This document shows positions 52,576 through 60,680 of a DNA stretch of 64,000 bases, in pieces (within the stretch, counting starts at the first letter, position 1; each line of letters starts with the position of its first letter). Under the pieces are notes generated by a model that saw only the letters and a program-made list of their open reading frames with translations, did not search any database and was not told where the DNA came from. Source of the stretch: an uncultured Kiritimatiellota bacterium (GTDB lineage Bacteria > Verrucomicrobiota > Kiritimatiellia > RFP12 > UBA1067); assembly GCA_934635045.1 (NCBI GenBank), contig CAKTZA010000009.1:4738-68737 (forward strand), read 5' to 3'. The translations under genes were made by a program, and so were the position numbers.

Positions 52576-54786
52576 TTAGGCGTCCTGAACCTCGCCCATG
52601 AGTTCTTTGAACGTGCCATCGCTCGGCATCCGCCAGTCGGCGCGCGGCGAAAGCGAAAGCGTGATCTTCGGGCCGTCGGGAACGCAGTTGCGCTTGTACT
52701 GCGCGGCGAAGAACCGCCGCAGGAACGTCGCGCACGTGCGCGCGATCGTCTCGCGGTCGTAGACGCCGCGAAAGGCGACTTCCGCCAACGTCCGCAACTT
52801 TTCGGACTCAGCCCCGTTCGCGAGAAAATGATAGAGGAAGAAGTCATGCAGCTCGTAGGGCCCCAGCCGCGCCTCCGAATCGTTCGCCGCCGCGTCCGGC
52901 ACGAGTTCCGGCGTGATGGGCGCGTCCGCAATCTCGCGCAGCAGCGGGCCCAGCGGCGCGGACGACTGCGCGGCCACGGCACGAAGTGCCGCGAGCACCA
53001 TTGTCTTCGGCACGGAGGCATTGACCTGATACATGCTCATGTGGTCGCCGTTGTAGGTGTTCCAGCCGAGGGCGATTTCCGAGAGGTCGCCCGTTCCGAC
53101 GACGAGCGCGCCCGCCATGTTCGCGATGTCCATCAGGACCTGCGTCCGCTCGCGCGCCTGCACGTTCTCGAACGCAAGGTCGTGCGTCTGCCCGTCGTGG
53201 CCGATGTCCGCCAAGTGCTGACGGCACACCGCGCAGATGTCCACGACGCGCACCACGGCGCCAACGGCCTGCGCAAGCGCAACGGCGCGCCGCTGCGTCC
53301 TCTCCGACGACGCAAACCCCGGCATGACGACGGCAATCAGCCCCTCTCTCGTGGGGACAGACCCCACTGACTTGGGGACAGACCCCGGCAAATTCGCAGA
53401 ATCCGTGGGGACAGACCCCGACAAACTGGCGAAATCCGTGGGGACAGACCCCGCCTTCAGCCGCGCGACGGCCCGCGCAGCGGCAAGGAGCGCGAGCGCC
53501 GAATCCGCACCGCCGGAAACGCCAATGACCAATTTCTGGGCATGCGCGGCCTCGAGGCGCCGCGCCAGCGCAACGGCCTGAATCGTCAGCAACTTCTCGA
53601 CCCACCCCGGCTCGCCAAATTCCGTCAGGAACGGATGTGGATCTATAAAATCATTCAAAATTTCATTTGAACCTTCACTTTTCGCACACTTCTCAGAATT
53701 TCCCTTGGGGTCTGTCCCCAAATCTACGGGGTCTGTCCCCTGACTCATTGTCCCCTGGCTCATGGGGTCTGTCCCCACCTTCAAATCCCCCTCCGTGTCT
53801 CCGTGCCTCCGTGTGAGACCTTCATTCCAAGTCGACTCAGTGCAATCACACACAATCAACCTCGTGGGGACAGACCCCAGCCCCACGCCGCCCATCTCGT
53901 TCAACGACGTCTCGGCGCGCCGCCGATAGGCCAACGCCGCGAAATCAACTGTCGCTGCGACGACTTCTGATTCTTTTGCGAACAAACTTCCCTTTTTCAG
54001 CAATTTACCGTCAACTGCGATGAGGGACTGTCCCCCGAAAACGGCATCGGACGACGATTCGCCCACGCCCGCCGAAGCCAGCGCATAGACGCACCGCAAC
54101 GCGGCGCTTTGGCTCAGGACGCGCAGCTCGCGATGTGCGGCCTTGCCCAGAAACTCAGTGCTCGCCGAAAGGTTGAAGACGCAGTCGAGCCCCGCAGACG
54201 CCAAGCGCGCACTCGGCGGAATCGGCACCCACAGGTCTTCGCAGATTTCAATCGAAAACTTGATGTTTTTGAACGAAAAGACGAGATTTGTCGCAAACGG
54301 CACGGGGCCTGTCCCCAGCCAGTCGGGGGCTGTCCCCACGTTTGAAGAACGTGAATCGGTGGGGTCTGTCCCCACGGGGGGCAGGGCGGTGGATGAGGTG
54401 AACTGGCGGTGCTCGTAATACTCGCCGTAGGTCGGCAGGTAGGTCTTGGGGACAGACCCCCGGATGCGTCCGCCGGAGAGAACGACCGCCGTGTTGAAGA
54501 GGCCCGCGCCGACCTTCAGCGGTACGCCGACGATCAGCGCGAGCGGCAGGTCGGCCGTCTGCGCCGCGAGATCCCGCAGCGCCTGCCGCGCCGCATCCAG
54601 CACGTCGTCGCGAAAGAACAGGTCGCCGCACGTGTAGCCCGTGAGCGACAGTTCGGGGAACGCCAAGACGGCGACGCCCTGCGCCGCCGCCGCGCGCGCC
54701 ACCTTCAGATGCTCAACCGCATTCGACGCCGGATCCCCAAGATGGAGTTCCGGCGTCGCCACGGCGATTCGGTCAATGCCTTTCAC
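52576..54786 (-). CDS. nadE: Glutamine-dependent NAD+ synthetase with three in-frame repeat-derived insertions
   Basis: CN-hydrolase part (AFPELSLTGY, EICEDLW) and synthetase part (IGVSGGADSALAL PP-loop). GTG start. Insertions rich in GSVPT/GTDP. Confidence 0.85.
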   Translation of the reverse strand: MKGIDRIAVATPELHLGDPASNAVEHLKVARAAAAQGVAVLAFPELSLTGYTCGDLFFRDDVLDAARQALRDLAAQTADLPLALIVGVPLKVGAGLFNTAVVLSGGRIRGSVPKTYLPTYGEYYEHRQFTSSTALPPVGTDPTDSRSSNVGTAPDWLGTGPVPFATNLVFSFKNIKFSIEICEDLWVPIPPSARLASAGLDCVFNLSASTEFLGKAAHRELRVLSQSAALRCVYALASAGVGESSSDAVFGGQSLIAVDGKLLKKGSLFAKESEVVAATVDFAALAYRRRAETSLNEMGGVGLGSVPTRLIVCDCTESTWNEGLTRRHGDTEGDLKVGTDPMSQGTMSQGTDPVDLGTDPKGNSEKCAKSEGSNEILNDFIDPHPFLTEFGEPGWVEKLLTIQAVALARRLEAAHAQKLVIGVSGGADSALALLAAARAVARLKAGSVPTDFASLSGSVPTDSANLPGSVPKSVGSVPTREGLIAVVMPGFASSERTQRRAVALAQAVGAVVRVVDICAVCRQHLADIGHDGQTHDLAFENVQARERTQVLMDIANMAGALVVGTGDLSEIALGWNTYNGDHMSMYQVNASVPKTMVLAALRAVAAQSSAPLGPLLREIADAPITPELVPDAAANDSEARLGPYELHDFFLYHFLANGAESEKLRTLAEVAFRGVYDRETIARTCATFLRRFFAAQYKRNCVPDGPKITLSLSPRADWRMPSDGTFKELMGEVQDA
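53353..53452. repeat. Four tandem GGGGACAGACCCC units (irregular 21-33-nt spacing) inside nadE
   Basis: Exact 13-mers at 53353, 53374, 53407 and 53440; encode GSVPT(D/R/K)... repeats. Confidence 0.9.
53645..53878. repeat. Composite insertion in the nadE inter-domain linker: AT-rich stretch, 3x GGGGTCTGTCCCC, inverted R fragment, 1x GGGGACAGACCCC
   Basis: 13-mers at 53707, 53728, 53764 and 53866. ccctccgtgtctccgtgcctccgtgtgagacc is the reverse complement of the R-repeat core. Confidence 0.85.
54304..54460. repeat. Third nadE cluster of the 13-mer (one exact copy plus two variants) and an exact copy in conserved coding sequence
   Basis: ggggcctgtcccc at 54304, ggggctgtcccc at ~54326, ggggtctgtcccc at 54361, ggggacagacccc at 54448 (encodes the conserved GSVPK). 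Confidence 0.8.
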
Positions 54787-54804
54787 CGTTTCCTGTCCTT
54801 TCGT

Positions 54805-55623
54805 TCAGAACGAGAACGCCACGTTCACGCCCCCCCAGACACGCTGGTTCTTGTCGCGCCCCATGTAGTCCGCCCGCCGCGCGTCGCGGTCGACGATCCA
54901 CGTGTAGTTGACCTGCGCGCCGACGCTCAGCCAGTCCGTCACGGCATAGGCCAGCGCCAGCCCCGTCGTCTGGTCGAGGAACGCCGTCTTGTTGACGTCA
55001 TCGACGTAAGCGCGCAGGTAGGCGTCCGTGCCCATGCCCAGCGAGACGGACGGGGTCAGCGTCAGGCTCTCGCAGAGCTCGAAGTCGTGCGCGAGCGCGA
55101 GGTTGCCATAGAAGAGCCCGTCGTCGTCGTTGTCCCGGTAGTCCCAGTAGACGGCGGCCGTCGGCGTGACGATCGGGTTGTTGTAGGCGACCGAGAGGTA
55201 GAGCTCCTCGTTGCTTTCGCCGTCATCGACGTTCGGGAACGTGTACCAGATGTGTCCGGCCTCGATGTCAAAGTCGCCGAAGCTCTTCGCATACGAGACC
55301 GTGTAGTCGATCTCCTGGTTGCCCATGTTGCGCACGGGCGAGCCCTCGCGGCGGTTCGTCAGCTTGAAGCTCGACCAGACGTTCGCGCTGAACGCGCCGA
55401 AATCGCCGAGGTCAAGGCCCAGCGTCGCCGCCGGCTGCCACACGGGGGCGTCGGAGCAGATTTGCCCGCGCCACATGTAGGAGCTGAAGAAGTCGACCGT
55501 GACCTCGACCGACAGCGGCGAGCTTTCGGCCTCCTCCAGTTCGTTCGTTTCCGCCGCGAGCGCGCCTGCGGCCATTGCCGCCGCCGCTGCGGAGATTCCC
55601 ATTCGGATTAAGGTGTTGTTCAT
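54805..55623 (-). CDS. Outer-membrane beta-barrel porin-like protein (TorF/Gcw_chp type) downstream of amtB
   Basis: Start MNNTLIRMGISAAAAAMAAGALA (signal). VDFFSSYMWRGQ and alternating beta-strand pattern. Ends ...GGVNVAFSF. Confidence 0.55.
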   Translation of the reverse strand: MNNTLIRMGISAAAAAMAAGALAAETNELEEAESSPLSVEVTVDFFSSYMWRGQICSDAPVWQPAATLGLDLGDFGAFSANVWSSFKLTNRREGSPVRNMGNQEIDYTVSYAKSFGDFDIEAGHIWYTFPNVDDGESNEELYLSVAYNNPIVTPTAAVYWDYRDNDDDGLFYGNLALAHDFELCESLTLTPSVSLGMGTDAYLRAYVDDVNKTAFLDQTTGLALAYAVTDWLSVGAQVNYTWIVDRDARRADYMGRDKNQRVWGGVNVAFSF

Positions 55624-55680
55624 TGTCTTTTTTCCTGTCTTGATTGGTGGTTTGGTGGTTACGATTGCTTGTCTCATCTG

Positions 55681-55722
55681 CCCGAAGCGCCGTCCGGCGA
55701 GCCGCACAGGCGGCGTTTCGGG
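55681..55722 (-). terminator. 12-bp hairpin (CCCGAAGCGCCG/CGGCGTTTCGGG, one G-U pair) between amtB and the porin-like gene
   Basis: Arms at 55681-55692 and 55711-55722. Could be a terminator, attenuator or processing site. Confidence 0.35.
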
Positions 55723-55732
55723 ATGGCCTCAC

Positions 55733-57091
55733 TTACATGTTCGAGAAGAACTGGAAGGAGGCGTAGGCGTCTTGTCCGTGTTCGGTCACGTCGAGGCCCT
55801 TGAGCTCGGTCTTCGCGTCGACCCGCAGCAGGCCCAGCCGCTTCAGGACGTAGAACAGCACGAGGCCGAGTCCGAACGCCCAGAGGCAGGTCATCGCGAC
55901 GCCGACGAGCTGGACGCCGAGGAACTTGAAGCCGCCGCCGTAGAAGAGGCCGACCATCGAGTTGCCGTAGCCGAGCGCCTCCGGCGCGGCGAAGAGGCCG
56001 ACCGCGAGGGTGCCCCACACGCCGTTCACGCAGTGGACCGAGACGGCGCCGACCGGGTCGTCCACGTGGATCTTGTCGAAGAAGAACACGCTGAGGACGA
56101 CGAGGACGCCGCCGATGGCGCCGATCAGGAGCGCCGCGTTCGGCGTCACGAGGTCGCAGGGCGCGGTGATCGCGACGAGGCCCGCGAGCGAGCCGTTCAG
56201 GGCCATCGTGAGGTCGGGCTTGCCCATGACGACCCAGGCGGTGACGAGCGCGGCGCAGGTTCCGGCGCAGGCCGCGAGGTTCGTGGTCATCGCGACGCGG
56301 CTGATCGAGCCGATGCCGGCGGTGTAGCTCGCGGGGTTGAAGCCGAACCAGCCGATCCAGAGGAGGAAGACGCCGAGCGTGCCGAGGACGAGGCTGTGGC
56401 CCGGGATTGGGTTCGCCTTGCCGTCATGACGGTACTTGCCGATACGCGGGCCGAGCACCATCGCGCCCGCGAGGGCCAACCAGCCGCCGACCGAATGGAC
56501 GACCGTCGAACCGGCGAAGTCGTGGAAACCCAGGGCCTCGATCCAGCCGACGGATTCCGCACCGTGCAGACCGCCCCACATCCAGTGGCCCGTCACTGGG
56601 TAGACGAACGCCGAGACGAGCGCCGTGTAGATCAAGTAGCTGCGGAACTGGATGCGCTCCGCCACCGCGCCCGAGACGATCGTCGCGGCCGTCGCAGCGA
56701 ACATGGTCTGGAAGAAGAAGAACGTCCAGTCCCAAGTCCCCTCGCCCGCGAAGACGCTCGGCATGCAGATACCGCCCCAGCCGAGCGCGCCGCCCAGCTT
56801 CGAGGCGCCGAACATGAGCGCCGCGCCGATGAAGTAGAACACGATCGAGCCGAACGCGAAGTCCATCAGGTTCTTCATCATGATGTTCGCCGCGTTCTTC
56901 GCCCGCGTGAAGCCCGTCTCGACGAGCGCAAAGCCCGCCTGCATGACGAACACGAGGATGCCGCCGAGGAGCGTCCACACGACGTTCAGGTTCGTCTGGA
57001 CGTCCGCCGCCGTCGGCGCGGCCTCCTCCGCCCAAACGCCGCCGGCGCCCAACGCCAGCAAGCCGCACAACAGTAGTTTCTTCATTTTCAT
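55733..57091 (-). CDS. amtB: Ammonium transporter
   Basis: VFVMQAGFALVETGFTRAKN, 11-12 TM helices, C-terminal cytoplasmic tail. Alternative ATG at 57085. Confidence 0.9.
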   Translation of the reverse strand: MKMKKLLLCGLLALGAGGVWAEEAAPTAADVQTNLNVVWTLLGGILVFVMQAGFALVETGFTRAKNAANIMMKNLMDFAFGSIVFYFIGAALMFGASKLGGALGWGGICMPSVFAGEGTWDWTFFFFQTMFAATAATIVSGAVAERIQFRSYLIYTALVSAFVYPVTGHWMWGGLHGAESVGWIEALGFHDFAGSTVVHSVGGWLALAGAMVLGPRIGKYRHDGKANPIPGHSLVLGTLGVFLLWIGWFGFNPASYTAGIGSISRVAMTTNLAACAGTCAALVTAWVVMGKPDLTMALNGSLAGLVAITAPCDLVTPNAALLIGAIGGVLVVLSVFFFDKIHVDDPVGAVSVHCVNGVWGTLAVGLFAAPEALGYGNSMVGLFYGGGFKFLGVQLVGVAMTCLWAFGLGLVLFYVLKRLGLLRVDAKTELKGLDVTEHGQDAYASFQFFSNM

Positions 57092-57149
57092 TGCCCCTTC
57101 CTTTTTGCTTCTTCCTTTTTACTTCTTCCTTTTTACTTTTTCCCTTGCC
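57092..57149. repeat. Three tandem ~14-nt units (GTAAAAAGGAAGAA on the mRNA strand) in the glnK-amtB spacer
   Basis: Minus strand: AGTAAAAAGGAAGAAGTAAAAAGGAAGAAGCAAAAAGGAAGGGGCAATG. Confidence 0.8.
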
Positions 57150-57152
57150 TCA

Positions 57153-57494
57153 TTACCCGATCGCCGCCGGCCCCTTCTCGCCGGTGCGGATGCGGATGCA
57201 CTCGTCCATCGGCAGCACGAAGATCTTGCCGTCGCCGATGTCGCCCGTGCGCGCGCCCTCGACGATGCCGTCGATCGTCTTCTGGACGAACTCGTCGTTC
57301 ACCGCGATGGCGAGACGGATCTTCTTCAGGAGCGTCACCTCTTCGATGGCGCCGCGATACTGGTGGACGTAGCCCTTCTGCTGTCCGCACCCAAGGGCAT
57401 TGGAGACGGACATCTTGTACACCTCGCGCGTGTACAGGGCCTGCTTGACGGCGTTGAGCCGTTCAGGCTGAATGTAGGCGATGATTAGTTTCAT
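57153..57494 (-). CDS. glnK: P-II nitrogen regulatory protein (GlnK/GlnB family), non-canonical T-loop
   Basis: 113 aa, aligns without gaps to E. coli GlnB as I recall it (GDGKIFV, RIRTGE boxes). Position 51 is Glu rather than Tyr. Confidence 0.85.
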   Translation of the reverse strand: MKLIIAYIQPERLNAVKQALYTREVYKMSVSNALGCGQQKGYVHQYRGAIEEVTLLKKIRLAIAVNDEFVQKTIDGIVEGARTGDIGDGKIFVLPMDECIRIRTGEKGPAAIG

Positions 57495-57546
57495 CTGTTG
57501 CTTTCCTTGTTTGCGTCACCACGACATGCGGCAACGCAAAGGGAAA

Positions 57547-57562
57547 TGCAAAGGCCGTGCCA
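57547..57562 (-). promoter_or_regulatory. Sigma-54 (-24/-12) promoter TGGCACGGCCTTTGCA upstream of glnK-amtB
   Basis: Exact match to TGGCACG-N4-TTGCW on the minus strand. The element ends ~52 nt upstream of the glnK ATG. Confidence 0.7.
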
Positions 57563-57677
57563 TCGCCTACGCAGGCGCGGACACGGCCGAATCATTACGC
57601 GCGCTGTACAGATGCGGCAAGAGACGCAACACGCACTGTCTCACCGCGTCAAGGCGTCTGCGCGCGTTTCGCAAACG

Positions 57678-59381
57678 TCACTTAAGCGAACGCGCCGCAG
57701 GGGCCGCTTGCTTCCGCATCTTCAGCGCCGCCGCGACGAGTCCGTCGAAGAGCGGATGCGGCGCGGTCGGACGCGACTTGAACTCGGGGTGGAACTGCCC
57801 CGCGATGAAATACGGATGATTCGGCAACTCGACGATCTCGACAAGCGCGCCGTCCGGCGACGTGCCGGAAACGACCAGCCCCGCCGCCTCCAGCGCCTTG
57901 CGCCCCTCCGTGTCGTAGCCGAGCTCGTAGCGGTGGCGATGGCGTTCGGAAATCGTGAAATCGGCCTTGCCCTTCTCGCCATAGGCGGGCGCGTAGAGCT
58001 TCGCCGCGAGCGTCCCCTTCTTCACGACGCACGGATACGCGCCGAGGCGCATCGTGCCGCCCTTCTGCGTGACGCCCTTCTGCGTCTCCATGAGGTCGAT
58101 CACCGGGTGCGTCGTCTTCGGATCGAACTCCGTCGAGTTCGCGTCCGACCAGCCGACGACATCGCGCGCGTACTCGATCGCCGTACACTGCATGCCGAGG
58201 CAGATGCCGAGGAACGGGATCTTGTGTTCGCGCGCATACTTGATCGCGAGGCACTTGCCCGGCACGCCGCGGCTGCCGAAGCCGCCCGGCACGAGGATGC
58301 CGTTCACGCCCGCGAGCAGTTTGCAGTCCGCACTTTTTCCCTCTTCCTTGTTCTTTTTTACTTCCGCTTCCAGCTCCTCCGCCTCAATGCACTTCACGTT
58401 CACCTTGCAGTCATGCGCCATGCCCGCGTGGTGCAGCGCCTCGTGGACGGACTTGTAGGCGTCGCGGATCGCGATGTACTTGCCGACGAGCGCAATCGTG
58501 CAGCTCTTCTTCGGCTGCGTCGCCTTCTTGACGAGCGTGTCCCACACCGTGTGCTTGATCGGCCAGATGTCGAGGTGCAGCTGCTTCAGCACCTCCTCGT
58601 CCAGTCCCTGCTTGCGCAGCTCGCGCGGAATCGCGTAGACGGAGTCCGTCACGTCCTTCTCCTCGATGACGCGCTCGGGGCGGACGTTGCAGAAGAGCGC
58701 GAGCTTTTCGAGGTGCTCCTTCGGAATCGTCATCTCCGTGCGGCAGACGAGGATGTCGGGGATGATGCCGATCGCGCGGAGCTGCCCGACGGAATGCTGC
58801 GAGGGCTTCGTCTTCAGCTCGCCCGCCGCCTTCAGGTAGGGGACGAGCGTCAGGTGCACGAAGCACGTGTTGTCCATGCCGTGCTCGAAGCGAAACTGCC
58901 GCGCCGCCTCCAGGAACGGCAGCGACTCGATGTCGCCCGACACGCCGCCGATCTCGCAGAGGACGATGTCGCAGTCATGCTCGCCGGCGGACCTGATCGC
59001 GTCCTTGATCTCGTTCGTGATGTGCGGCACGACCTGCACCGTGCCGCCGAGGTAGCCGCCCGCACGCTCGCGGGCGAGGACGGCCGAGTAGATGCGGCCC
59101 GACGTGTAGTTCGACGCCTTCGAGCAGGTCACGCCCGCAAAGCGCTCGTAGTGGCCGAGGTCGAGATCCGTCTCGGCGCCGTCGTCCGTCACGAACACCT
59201 CGCCGTGCTGGTAGGGGCTCATCGTGCCGGGGTCGACGTTCAGGTACGGGTCGAGCTTCTGCATGAACACCTTGTAGCCGCGGCTCTTCAGGAGAAGCGC
59301 GAGGGACGCGCTCGTGATGCCCTTGCCGAGGGAACTCACGACGCCGCCGGTGATGAAGACGTATTTGACAGGTTTTTTCAT
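57678..59381 (-). CDS. pyrG: CTP synthase
   Basis: KYVFITGGVVSSLGKGI, GATase GICLGMQ. Small KKNKEEGK insertion. ATGA overlap with carA. Confidence 0.9.
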   Translation of the reverse strand: MKKPVKYVFITGGVVSSLGKGITSASLALLLKSRGYKVFMQKLDPYLNVDPGTMSPYQHGEVFVTDDGAETDLDLGHYERFAGVTCSKASNYTSGRIYSAVLARERAGGYLGGTVQVVPHITNEIKDAIRSAGEHDCDIVLCEIGGVSGDIESLPFLEAARQFRFEHGMDNTCFVHLTLVPYLKAAGELKTKPSQHSVGQLRAIGIIPDILVCRTEMTIPKEHLEKLALFCNVRPERVIEEKDVTDSVYAIPRELRKQGLDEEVLKQLHLDIWPIKHTVWDTLVKKATQPKKSCTIALVGKYIAIRDAYKSVHEALHHAGMAHDCKVNVKCIEAEELEAEVKKNKEEGKSADCKLLAGVNGILVPGGFGSRGVPGKCLAIKYAREHKIPFLGICLGMQCTAIEYARDVVGWSDANSTEFDPKTTHPVIDLMETQKGVTQKGGTMRLGAYPCVVKKGTLAAKLYAPAYGEKGKADFTISERHRHRYELGYDTEGRKALEAAGLVVSGTSPDGALVEIVELPNHPYFIAGQFHPEFKSRPTAPHPLFDGLVAAALKMRKQAAPAARSLK

Positions 59382-60661
59382 TTTGAAATCATCTTTCTAA
59401 ATTGGTCAAAGAGATAGGCCGAGTCGTGCGGGCCAGGGCAGGATTCGGGGTGGTACTGCACCGAGAACGCCAGAAGCGTCTTGTGCCGCACACCCTCGAT
59501 GGAGCCGTCGTTGAGGTTCACGTGCGTCACGTCCAGGCAGTCAGGCACCGAGTCGGGCAGCACCGCGAAATTGTGGTTCTGGCTCGTGATCTCGACCTTG
59601 CCCGTCGCGAGGTTCTTGACCGGGTGATTGCAGCCGTGATGGCCGAACTTGAGCCGCCCCGTCTTCGCCCCGCAGGCGAGCGACAGGAGCTGATGGCCGA
59701 GGCAGATGCCGAAGACCGGCACACGTCCCAAAATCGCCTTGATGTTCGCGATCGCGTAGCCGACGGCCGCCGGATCGGCCGGGCCGTTCGAGAGAAAAAC
59801 GCCGTCCGGCTTCAGCGCCAGCACGTCCGCCGCCGGCGTCTGCGCCGGCACGACCGTGACGCGCGCGAACGCCGCGAGCGACCGCAGGATGTTCGTCTTC
59901 ACGCCGAAGTCGTAGCAAACGACATGGAGAGATGGAAGAGGTGAGAAGGAAGAAGGAAGAAGTGTGGAATCGTCAGTTTCTTCTCTGTCTTGACAACACG
60001 ACGAAGACGCCTCGGCAACCAAACTTTTTCCTTTTTCCTTTTTCCTTCTTCCTTCTACATCAACCTCATACGCCTCTTTGCAGCTTACGCGGCTGGCGTA
60101 GTCCTGCCCGTCCAGACCCTCCCACGCCCGCGCCTTCTCGACAAGGAAAGAGGCATTGTCCTCACTTTCTTCTTCCTTCTTCCTTTTTCCTTCTTCCTTC
60201 TTCCTGCCCCCTTCCTCCTCGACGTGCAGCCACGCCTTCTGGTTGCCGTGTTCCCGCAGGTGGATCGTCAGCGCGCGCGTGTCGACGCCATAGATGCCCG
60301 GCACGCCGTTCGCCTTGAGGTAGGCGTCCAGCGACTGCGTCGCGCGATAATTCGACGGCTCGGTGAGGTCGCCGATCACGAGCCCCGAAAGAAAAAGGCC
60401 CCGGGACTCGACGTCCTCGGGGTTGACACCGTAGTTGCCGACTTCGGCGGCGGTGAGGGTGACGAACTGCCCCGCGTAGGAGGGATCCGTCAGGATTTCC
60501 TGATACCCGCACATGCCGGTGTTGAAGACGACTTCCCCGCACCGATCCGCGCGCGCGCCAAACGCCACGCCGTGAAAGACCGTCCCGTCGGCCAACGCCA
60601 GAAACGCCTTCCGTTCCCGCTCGGTCCGCCATTTCGCTTCAAATTCGTTTTGCATAGTCAT
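59378..60661 (-). CDS. carA: Carbamoyl-phosphate synthase small (glutaminase) subunit with an in-frame low-complexity insertion spanning ~295 nt between the two domains
   Basis: VVFNTGMCGYQEILTDPSYAGQ and GICLGHQLL...HGCNHPV motifs. Start ATG 60661 or 60655 behind GGAGCGGAGA. Insertion 59926-60220. Confidence 0.85.
   Translation of the reverse strand: MTMQNEFEAKWRTERERKAFLALADGTVFHGVAFGARADRCGEVVFNTGMCGYQEILTDPSYAGQFVTLTAAEVGNYGVNPEDVESRGLFLSGLVIGDLTEPSNYRATQSLDAYLKANGVPGIYGVDTRALTIHLREHGNQKAWLHVEEEGGRKKEEGKRKKEEESEDNASFLVEKARAWEGLDGQDYASRVSCKEAYEVDVEGRRKKEKGKSLVAEASSSCCQDREETDDSTLLPSSFSPLPSLHVVCYDFGVKTNILRSLAAFARVTVVPAQTPAADVLALKPDGVFLSNGPADPAAVGYAIANIKAILGRVPVFGICLGHQLLSLACGAKTGRLKFGHHGCNHPVKNLATGKVEITSQNHNFAVLPDSVPDCLDVTHVNLNDGSIEGVRHKTLLAFSVQYHPESCPGPHDSAYLFDQFRKMISK
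59926..60220. repeat. carA insertion built from purine-run and pyrimidine-run arms (partly inverted)
   Basis: agaaggaagaagg (59944-59956) is the exact complement of ccttcttccttct (60044-60056). A further CTTCCTTCTTCC run lies at 60164-60220. Confidence 0.8.
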
Positions 60662-60680
60662 CTCCGCTCCAGAATTCGTT

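Noticed and set aside
53351-53455. Possible mini-CRISPR array (palindromic 13-17-nt repeats recurring every 21-33 nt)
   Set aside because: The repeats are too short and the intervening segments are related to one another. The array is in frame inside nadE, and no cas genes or leader are present.
53645-53878. Intein or mobile intron in nadE (also considered for the carA insertion at 59926-60220)
   Set aside because: No intein blocks (no N-terminal Cys/Ser splice junction with a C-terminal HN-C/S/T, no homing-endonuclease motifs). The sequences are low-complexity repeat DNA.
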